The position numbers and the translations under genes are program-made. This document shows, one piece after another, positions 10,456 through 17,377 of a DNA stretch of 64,000 bases. This DNA comes from Thermodesulfobacteriota bacterium (lineage in GTDB: Bacteria > Desulfobacterota_D > UBA1144). The notes below the pieces were generated by a model, which was not told the DNA's origin, searched no databases, and was given only the letters and a program-made list of their open reading frames with translations. Position 1 is the first letter of the stretch. The number at the start of each line of letters is the position of its first letter. Where the stretch lies: positions 39,273 to 103,272 of the forward strand of contig JAQWMJ010000006.1 of NCBI GenBank assembly GCA_029246845.1, given 5' to 3'.

Positions 10456-11184
10456 ATGGAGTCACAAGGGAAAATGACATTCCTGGAACATTTTGGGATT
10501 TTGCGTGCAAGCTTAATAAAAATACTTTTAGTGATGGTTATATTGTTTATACCTGCATTTTATTATAGGGAGCTTTTAATGGAGCTTGCGTTGATACCAA
10601 TCACTGATTCATTACCCATAAACTCAAAGATTATATTCACTAAACCGGCGGAGGGATTATCATCAAATGTGAGAATATCTTTTTTGACTAGTTTTATATT
10701 AACTTTTCCATTAATCATTTATGAGATATGGGCATTTATTAAACCAGCACTATATAAAAATGAGAGAAAATCCTCGGCTATTGTAATAGTAATTGGAACC
10801 TTACTTTTTTTTATTGGAGCATTCCTTTGCTATAAATTTGTCGCACCTGTAACTTTTAATATTCTCATAAATGAATATTCATCTGATTCTATAACAGCCC
10901 TACCTAATGTTAGCGATACACTAGGATTTTTGTCCTCGATAATTCTTAGTTTTGGAATAATCTTCGAATATCCTTTAATAATTTATATTCTCTCCAAATT
11001 TGGTATGACTTCTAGTAAATTTTTGGCTTCAAAAAGGAAATATTCCATTCTCATTTCAACTGTAATTTCAGCGGTACTAACTCCAACAACTGATGTATTT
11101 TCAATGCTTTTCATGCTTGTACCCTTGGTATTATTTTATGAGATAGGAATATTAGTTTCCTATCTTACTTATAAAGAGCGTTGA
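10456..11184 (+). CDS. tatC: Twin-arginine translocase subunit TatC
   Basis: MTFLEH..LR, YEIWAFIKPALY..E, FEYP and AVLTP..D motifs; about 6 TM helices. Confidence 0.93.
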   Translation: MESQGKMTFLEHFGILRASLIKILLVMVILFIPAFYYRELLMELALIPITDSLPINSKIIFTKPAEGLSSNVRISFLTSFILTFPLIIYEIWAFIKPALYKNERKSSAIVIVIGTLLFFIGAFLCYKFVAPVTFNILINEYSSDSITALPNVSDTLGFLSSIILSFGIIFEYPLIIYILSKFGMTSSKFLASKRKYSILISTVISAVLTPTTDVFSMLFMLVPLVLFYEIGILVSYLTYKER

Positions 11185-11233
11185 TAAAAATCTTAATAAT
11201 TGTAACCTTAACTAATTATTTTGGAGGTTTTAA

Positions 11234-12376
11234 ATGGATTTAGTTTCATCAAAATATATCGAAGAATTTATACCTGGAGAAAAACTGTATCATGGAGCAA
11301 TCCAAGTTACCCCATTTAGAAACAAAGAATACATAAAAAAATTTAGTAAGAATTATGCACTAGGAATAGACTCGAAGCTGGCGGGATCACTAGGCTACAT
11401 AGATCCTAATATAGAAATTAAAAAACAGAACTTTGGAATTGAATCCCCATCTATGGTCAGTCAAGGGTATCTATTTAATGTTGGCTTTGGATTAAGTGTT
11501 CATGATATATCGTTTAACGCTATTGCGAATCTTTCATATAAAAATTTAAGATATGGTGTTCCGGCATATGAAGGTGATATCTTATTTGCAACATCAGAAG
11601 TATTAGGAATTGAAGTTAAAAAAGATGGTGCTTCAAATGGTTCTGTCCAAGTTCGAACAACGATTACAAATCAAGATAACAAAGTTGTCCTTGAATACGT
11701 AAGGCAAGTCTTAGTAAGGGCAACTAAAGGAACAACTCTAGATGCACAGTCAAGCATACAAGATCAGCCTGAGAGGATTGGGCTAACGGAGTCAATGATG
11801 CCATTAAAGTTTCACAACTTACCTAATAAGTTCAACGGAAAAGAGGTTAAGTCTTTTGAAGATTTTAAAATAGATCAAGTTTATGAGGGAGATTTTGCGA
11901 AATCTATAAATCTAGTGGATTTTAGTTGGCTTCAAATTTCTACTCTCAACGATGCAAGCGTGCATCATACTCCTAAATCAAACTTTATAGGATATGGGGG
12001 CGCTATTAAATCTACGGTAGAGGGTGAGATTAGCTCCCATCTTCCATACGCATACTTTTTAGGAATGAATTCAGGCTCACATGATGCCCCAACTTATCCA
12101 AGCGACATAATTCAATCAATGTTTGATTCAACGAATGAAGACGATGAAAAAATTCTGGGTTCGTTTAAAGTAATAAATAAGGATGCAATTCAGAATAGAG
12201 AAGACTTTGGAATCCTGACAATCCAACTTTGCGGAGATAAAATTGTAACTGAAGCAGGATTAAAAGCTTATAAGAAAACGGGGTTTAAAGGTGTAGCCAA
12301 TATTATGGACAATAAGATAAGGGTTTTAACTATGGAAATGATTGTTGCAGTTCCAACAAGGATGGCAATTGTTTGA
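11234..12376 (+). CDS. Double-hotdog MaoC-family hydratase, mesaconyl-CoA hydratase (Mch)-like
   Basis: FG.SV.DISFNAIANL.Y...GD.L...SEVLG...NQD..VVLEY.R.V.VR closely follows the Mch N-domain. The second domain (N.A.VH, YGG, NSGSHDAPTY) is a divergent match. Confidence 0.75.
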   Translation: MDLVSSKYIEEFIPGEKLYHGAIQVTPFRNKEYIKKFSKNYALGIDSKLAGSLGYIDPNIEIKKQNFGIESPSMVSQGYLFNVGFGLSVHDISFNAIANLSYKNLRYGVPAYEGDILFATSEVLGIEVKKDGASNGSVQVRTTITNQDNKVVLEYVRQVLVRATKGTTLDAQSSIQDQPERIGLTESMMPLKFHNLPNKFNGKEVKSFEDFKIDQVYEGDFAKSINLVDFSWLQISTLNDASVHHTPKSNFIGYGGAIKSTVEGEISSHLPYAYFLGMNSGSHDAPTYPSDIIQSMFDSTNEDDEKILGSFKVINKDAIQNREDFGILTIQLCGDKIVTEAGLKAYKKTGFKGVANIMDNKIRVLTMEMIVAVPTRMAIV

Positions 12377-14070
12377 TGTCTAAAAAGAAATTTCCAATTA
12401 AAGATTTGAATTACCCTACTACATATAAATGGAAGAATAAATTTGATTATGATTGGAATACGAAAAGTGACCAAAGAAACTGGACTCTTCCAAAAGTTCT
12501 TATAAATCAAGCCAATACGAATCCAAATAAAGATTTTTTACAATTTAGCTATGACAAGCCTCTTACATTTTCTGAAGTTAATATTCAGGCTAACAAAATT
12601 GCGAACTCTTTAAATACATTAGGGATAAATAAAACAGATAAAGTTTCTGTTTACATGCCTAATTCTCTTGAGATATGTCTAGCTTGGTTTGGAATTTTAA
12701 AAAATGGATCAGTTATGGTTCCAATTAACACCGCATATGTGATGGATTTCCTTCAATATATAATCGAAAGCTCGGACTCTAAAATCATAATAATCGCAGA
12801 AGAGTATCTTGAGCGCTTAGCCAACATAGAAGATAGGGTTCCAAATATAGAGAAAGTGATTGTATGGACTAGAAGTGGCGAGAACAGCTTTAACAAATAC
12901 GGTTATAGTAAAACCGAGTGTATATCTTGGAATGAATTTGTATCTAATGGCTCTGATAAAGAGCCTAAAGTTGAAATAACTCATATGGATCATGCCAGGC
13001 TCATGTATACCTCTGGTACTACGGGGAAATCTAAAGGTGTTGTTAGACCGTGCGCAGCAGATTATTCATCTGCGCAAAACTACTCTTCCATTATGGATCT
13101 TGTAGAAAGTGATACGGTTTTCACTTGTTTGCCTCTTTTTCATTCTAATGCAATGGTAATGGGTGTGTATCCAGCAATGATCAGCGGCTGTAAAGTTGTA
13201 GTTGAGGAAAAATATTCTGCTAGTAAATTTTGGAAATGGATGAAAGATTTTGGAATTACAAAATTTAATCTTGTTGGAGTAATGTCTTATTTTATGTGGA
13301 ACGCCCCCATAGTTCCTGAAGAGAAAGACCATAATGTTGAATTAGTTTTAGGTAGCCCAGCGCCTCATGATATTATTGAAGAATTTATGGAAAGATTTAA
13401 CATACTTTTTACCGAAGGATACGGTCTAACAGAAGTAGGGCAATGTACTTTTACAAGGCCAAATGAACCTTTTAGGGTTGGTTCTTGTGGAAAAGAATCC
13501 CCAGGCTACGAAATAAAGATTGTTGACCCTGACACTGATGAAGAACTTGAAAGAGATACTCCTGGGGAGCTTGTTCTAAGACCTAGGATTCCAAATATTT
13601 GTTTACACTATTATTACAAAATGCCCGAAAAGACTGTTTCAGATTTTAGAAATCTATGGTTCCACACTGGAGACTTATGTAGGATGGACAAGGATGGTTA
13701 CATCTTCTTTATGGATAGGGTTAAAGACTATATAAGAAGACGGGGTGAAAACATTAGCTCCTTTGAAGTAGAAAATCTAATATCTTCCCATCCAAGCATC
13801 GAAGAGTCTGCAGCTATAGCAGTTAAGCTAGACGAACAAGGGCGTCACTCTGAAGATGAACTGATGATAGTTATCGTTTTAAAAGAACATATGCAGCTTG
13901 ATCCCACCGAACTAATAGAATTTTTAAAGCCTATAATGCCAAAATTTATGATTCCAAGATTTGTAAGATTCCGAGATTCTTTACCAAAGACGCCTACTAA
14001 TAGGGTTCAAAAGGTTAAACTAAGAGAAGAAGGAATCACCAAAGATACTTGGGATTCCCTCAAAAAATAA
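12376..14070 (+). CDS. Acyl-CoA ligase, AMP-binding (CaiC-like)
   Basis: YTSGTTGKSKG, PLFHSNA, EGYGLTE, WFHTGD, DYIRRRGENISS and PKTPT..VQK motifs. ATG overlaps the upstream TGA. Confidence 0.9.
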   Translation: MSKKKFPIKDLNYPTTYKWKNKFDYDWNTKSDQRNWTLPKVLINQANTNPNKDFLQFSYDKPLTFSEVNIQANKIANSLNTLGINKTDKVSVYMPNSLEICLAWFGILKNGSVMVPINTAYVMDFLQYIIESSDSKIIIIAEEYLERLANIEDRVPNIEKVIVWTRSGENSFNKYGYSKTECISWNEFVSNGSDKEPKVEITHMDHARLMYTSGTTGKSKGVVRPCAADYSSAQNYSSIMDLVESDTVFTCLPLFHSNAMVMGVYPAMISGCKVVVEEKYSASKFWKWMKDFGITKFNLVGVMSYFMWNAPIVPEEKDHNVELVLGSPAPHDIIEEFMERFNILFTEGYGLTEVGQCTFTRPNEPFRVGSCGKESPGYEIKIVDPDTDEELERDTPGELVLRPRIPNICLHYYYKMPEKTVSDFRNLWFHTGDLCRMDKDGYIFFMDRVKDYIRRRGENISSFEVENLISSHPSIEESAAIAVKLDEQGRHSEDELMIVIVLKEHMQLDPTELIEFLKPIMPKFMIPRFVRFRDSLPKTPTNRVQKVKLREEGITKDTWDSLKK

Positions 14071-14073
14071 ACT

Positions 14074-15435
14074 TTATTTATCCCAAGGATGCTTCTTCTC
14101 GGGTTTTTGACTATATGGATTCTCTTTATCTGGATGGAAATACTTAAAAGTATTAACATGTTGATCAGTATAAGAACCTGGAGGATAATATTTATCATAA
14201 AAATCCAAATCCATATTCTGAGCCTGGAAAACTAACCTCATATACATTGGGTCGACATAAGCTGGAAAAGATCCATAAGTGTCATGAATATAGTCAGCAA
14301 CAGACTTAACAATCTCATTTGTTGTATCAGTAGGCCTTGGTGCTTTAACTAAGTGTTTGTCTGGCTCTTCATATGGAAAAGGTTTCTTGGAGTCCCAAGC
14401 GGCCCATTTATGTTCATCCATTTTATCATATGCATCAGACATTGTTTTATAATATGGAGGGCAGTAGCCTTCAAAAATTCCATCTTTACCAACAGGTCTA
14501 GTCGGACCAGACTTTGGTTGTTCAAACCTAAAACCTAATCCTTTAAAAAGTTCAGGATTTGATCCTAGCGTGAACCTAGGTATGAGACCAGTAAATGTCC
14601 AACCACCTAACCCAAGAGCTTGAAGAGCTAGAGACATGTTCTGGCAAATAAATGCTTGTTCAACATTAAGACCAGTCAGTATTCTAACTTCAAGATCATA
14701 TAATGACATTTTGACTTCTTCTTTTATTCTTCCAGAAGCAATCCATTTGTCTTGACCACATGAGCGATTATTTTTTTCATCCCAAATATTAAATGCATAA
14801 GTACTACTGCAATAAAGTGTCAATAAATTTAAATACTCCTCAGTTATATCAGTAACAGGGATAAACGTTGTAGTACCAGCCTTGTTTGTATTCCATTGGT
14901 TAAAGTCAAAAAGACCAGGCATCTTGTCTGGCAAGTTGGCCCTACCGTCCTCAAGCTTAACAAGCCCTTCTCGATACAATTCTAACAACCTGTCAATTTT
15001 ATCATTTACATTAAGTCTAAAAAAGACATCAAGTTCTTTATCTTTAGGTAACATGTTTTTAACATCTACATAATAAAGACCGGAGTCATTAGTGAAAAAA
15101 AGCTCTGTACCGTGGTTATTACATGCAGAAGGCCATGTTCTGCCTGTCCATTGACATAATAAATCAATTCCATTCTCAGGTGGTAAATCTGCAAGGCATA
15201 GTCCGGTTAAACCGGTACCTGCCCAAACCAACATAGCTTCTTGAAATTCAGTTAAAGGAACAGGGTCTATTTTTGACTTATACCCCAGAGAGCTATCTGA
15301 AGGGAGCTCCATTCCTAGACCAAACCTACGAGACCTTCTATTAAAAATAGCTTCAAACAAAGGGTACTTTAAAGCAGCTTCGTAATTAACCTTTCCATTT
15401 CCCTTTCCATTTCCATTTTCATTTTTTTTTGTCAT
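14074..15435 (-). CDS. Uncharacterised nitroreductase-superfamily (SagB-like) flavoprotein
   Basis: N-terminal RRSRRF, central RTWPSAC..H.TELF and E...CQNM.LA.QALGLGG resemble nitroreductase/SagB FMN-binding motifs. At 453 aa it is longer than typical members. Confidence 0.55.
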   Translation of the reverse strand: MTKKNENGNGKGNGKVNYEAALKYPLFEAIFNRRSRRFGLGMELPSDSSLGYKSKIDPVPLTEFQEAMLVWAGTGLTGLCLADLPPENGIDLLCQWTGRTWPSACNNHGTELFFTNDSGLYYVDVKNMLPKDKELDVFFRLNVNDKIDRLLELYREGLVKLEDGRANLPDKMPGLFDFNQWNTNKAGTTTFIPVTDITEEYLNLLTLYCSSTYAFNIWDEKNNRSCGQDKWIASGRIKEEVKMSLYDLEVRILTGLNVEQAFICQNMSLALQALGLGGWTFTGLIPRFTLGSNPELFKGLGFRFEQPKSGPTRPVGKDGIFEGYCPPYYKTMSDAYDKMDEHKWAAWDSKKPFPYEEPDKHLVKAPRPTDTTNEIVKSVADYIHDTYGSFPAYVDPMYMRLVFQAQNMDLDFYDKYYPPGSYTDQHVNTFKYFHPDKENPYSQKPEKKHPWDK

Positions 15436-15499
15436 AGTTTTACCTCACTTTTGCAACTAAGTTTAGTATAAATTATATATATGAATTACAAAAAAGTAA

Positions 15500-15928
15500 T
15501 TAGGTTAGAGCTTGTTTTTTAATTTCTTCTTTCTCAAGTTCTTTTATAGCTAACTTTACAGTAGATATACCCAAAGTAGAGCATTTTGGCCTGGAAAGTG
15601 CTAGTTCCTCACCAATAATATCAGTAATAATCTCAGGTCCCATAGATAAAATCTCTTCTTTTGATTTCCCTATTACAACTTCGGAAATAATTGATGTTCC
15701 AGCTTGACTAACAATACAACCTTCACCTTCAAATTTAAAATCTGTAATCACATTATCTTCAAACTGAAGACAAACAGTCACTATATCGCCACAACCTGGG
15801 TTTCCACCATTTTGTTTAATATCACAACGATGCTTACTTTTATCTTCATCACTAAGAGAACCCGAGTTTCTCGGATTCTCATAATGATCTAAAATAAAGT
15901 CCATTAGTTCTTGTTTATCTTTTGTCAA
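15500..15928 (-). CDS. SufU/IscU-like (NifU_N) sulfur-acceptor or Fe-S scaffold protein
   Basis: ILDHYENPRN, NPGCGD, GEGC..SQA and RPKC motifs; three Cys plus Asp conserved; no LPPVK motif. Confidence 0.88.
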   Translation of the reverse strand: MTKDKQELMDFILDHYENPRNSGSLSDEDKSKHRCDIKQNGGNPGCGDIVTVCLQFEDNVITDFKFEGEGCIVSQAGTSIISEVVIGKSKEEILSMGPEIITDIIGEELALSRPKCSTLGISTVKLAIKELEKEEIKKQALT

Positions 15929-15939
15929 ACCAAACCTCT

Positions 15940-16782
15940 CTATTTCTCAATAGGCGCTTGAACAAGATTTCCCCATTCAGTCCAGGATCCATCATAGTTT
16001 TTAACACTATTGTATCCAAGGAGATAAGTAAGAACAAACCAAGTGTGAGAAGACCTCTCACCTATTCTGCAATAAGCAATAACATCGTCTTCTGGCTTTA
16101 AACCAGCACCGTTTTGATATATTTCAAGCAACTCGTCTGCAGATTTAAATGTTCCATCTTCATTTGCTGCAGTTGCCCAAGGGACACTTTTAGCGTTAGG
16201 AATATGTCCACCTCTAAGTGCACCTTCTTGAGGATATGCTTCCATGTGAAGCATCTCACCGCTAAATTCTTTAGGTGATCGAACGTCAATCAAGGCCCCC
16301 AAAGAAGCGCTATGTTCTTTAACCTCTTCCCTAAATGCTCTAATGCCAAGATTAACATCAGCAACTTTATAATTTGTATTTTCTAAAGAAGGGACATCTT
16401 TGGAAAGCGGCTTCTTCTCTTCAATCCACTTTTGTCTTCCCCCGTTCATTATAATACATTTCTCATGGCCATAAATTTTGAATGTCCAAAATGCGTAGCA
16501 TGCCCACCAGTTGCTCTTATCTCCATAAAAAACAATCGTATCTTCGGGTGAAATTCCCTTTGAAGAAAGCAGTTTTTCAAAATTATCTTTGTCTATGTAG
16601 TCTCTTATAAGATTATCTTGAAGCTCTGTCTCCCAGTCTATTTTTATTGCTCCTTCAATATGACCTATGTCATATAAAAGAATATCTTCGTTAGATTCAA
16701 GTATCTTAATTCCTGGTTTATCCTTATTCTCTAAGACCCAGTCAGTTGAAACTAACAATTCCGGATTTTTATATTCTGCCAT
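15940..16782 (-). CDS. Tandem-domain sulfurtransferase (rhodanese; SseA/CysA2/TtuD-like)
   Basis: [27 protein letters not shown], active-site YCRIGERS, and YDGSWTEWG motifs; strong SD GGAGGAG. Confidence 0.95.
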   Translation of the reverse strand: MAEYKNPELLVSTDWVLENKDKPGIKILESNEDILLYDIGHIEGAIKIDWETELQDNLIRDYIDKDNFEKLLSSKGISPEDTIVFYGDKSNWWACYAFWTFKIYGHEKCIIMNGGRQKWIEEKKPLSKDVPSLENTNYKVADVNLGIRAFREEVKEHSASLGALIDVRSPKEFSGEMLHMEAYPQEGALRGGHIPNAKSVPWATAANEDGTFKSADELLEIYQNGAGLKPEDDVIAYCRIGERSSHTWFVLTYLLGYNSVKNYDGSWTEWGNLVQAPIEK

Positions 16783-16794
16783 TTTACTCCTCCA

Positions 16795-16818
16795 TCTGGC
16801 CTTATTAATAAAGCCAGA
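16795..16818 (-). promoter_or_regulatory. Hairpin immediately upstream of the sulfurtransferase SD
   Basis: UCUGGCUUUA-UUAA-UAAGGCCAGA, a 10-bp stem ending 1 nt before GGAGGAG. Confidence 0.6.
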
Positions 16819-16853
16819 ATTAAATTAAATTTTAAATTTATAACTAACCAATA

Positions 16854-16943
16854 CTACTTGTAGTTACAACAACATAAGTTTGAAAAGTTACAACAACATG
16901 TATCTACTTCACTAACAAGCGATACAAACAATGTTTTAACCAT
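16854..16943 (-). CDS. Cysteine-rich leader peptide, 29 aa (MVKTLFVSLVSEVDTCCCNFSNLCCCNYK)
   Basis: ATG at 16943 with SD AGGAG 6 nt upstream and TAG at 16856-16854. Two TGT-TGT-TGT blocks. Lies 71 nt upstream of the sulfurtransferase and is below the ORF-track size cutoff. Confidence 0.85.
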   Translation of the reverse strand: MVKTLFVSLVSEVDTCCCNFSNLCCCNYK

Positions 16944-16974
16944 AACAAACTCCTAAACTTTTTGTAACTCAAAG

Positions 16975-17003
16975 AGGAAAGATACCGAACGGTATCTTCA
17001 CCC
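16975..17003 (-). terminator. GC-rich hairpin directly downstream of the riboswitch aptamer (candidate expression platform or attenuator)
   Basis: GAAGAUACC-GUUC-GGUAUCUUU followed by CCUCUUU. The stem can extend using the aptamer's 3' GGG. The U-tract is weak. Confidence 0.5.
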
Positions 17004-17052
17004 TATTTAGCAATTATTTAATGTCGCTGCAATTAGAGTTAAATGACGACAT
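17001..17052 (-). ncRNA. SAM-II/SAM-V-class riboswitch aptamer (H-type pseudoknot)
   Basis: AUGUCGU-CAUUUAAC-UCUAA-UUGCA-GCGACAU-UAAAUAAUU-GCUAAA-UAGGG. P1 is AUGUCGU/GCGACAU, with conserved AUUU, UUGC and GCUAAA, and a CUCUA/UAGGG pseudoknot helix. Lies upstream of sulfur genes. Confidence 0.82.
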
Positions 17053-17056
17053 ATAG

Positions 17057-17086
17057 ATTATAGCACTGAAATAAAATAAAAATCAA
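17057..17086 (-). promoter_or_regulatory. Sigma70-type promoter for the riboswitch/leader/sulfurtransferase transcript
   Basis: TTGATT-18 nt-TATAAT with extended -10 (TGCTATAAT). The predicted TSS falls at the start of the aptamer P1. Confidence 0.72.
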
Positions 17087-17128
17087 TATTATATTTAAAT
17101 AAGTAATTCATTAGGTTATTATTTTTAC

Positions 17129-17377
17129 ATGAGTGAAGTTGAAGAAAAAACAGTCGATCCTGAATCTAAGGATATTTCGGCGTCTAAAGAAGAGGCTGAT
17201 GTTCAAGCGACTCCAGAAGAACTAGAGGAAGAAGTGCACGTAGTTCCACCTTACCCTGAAAGAGTTCCTAACGCTGAGAAAGGTGCCGATCACGCACACG
17301 CTTATGTGATGTTAAAAATATTGTTTCTCTTGGTAGTTTTTTCTTTAGTAATAGCAAAATTCACCTCACCTTTTTAG
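17129..17377 (+). CDS. Hypothetical small protein, acidic N-terminus and single C-terminal TM helix
   Basis: 82 aa, Glu-rich N-half and hydrophobic C-terminal segment. Fills the gap between the riboswitch promoter and uvrA. Confidence 0.7.
   Translation: MSEVEEKTVDPESKDISASKEEADVQATPEELEEEVHVVPPYPERVPNAEKGADHAHAYVMLKILFLLVVFSLVIAKFTSPF

Noticed and set aside
15391..15425. CCATTTCC-type short repeats
   Set aside because: They encode the low-complexity NGNGKGNGK N-terminus of the flavoprotein.
16862..16899. 14-nt direct repeat as a mini-CRISPR or transcription-factor site
   Set aside because: Only two copies with a 24-nt period and no cas genes. It is explained by the two CCCN codon blocks of the leader peptide.
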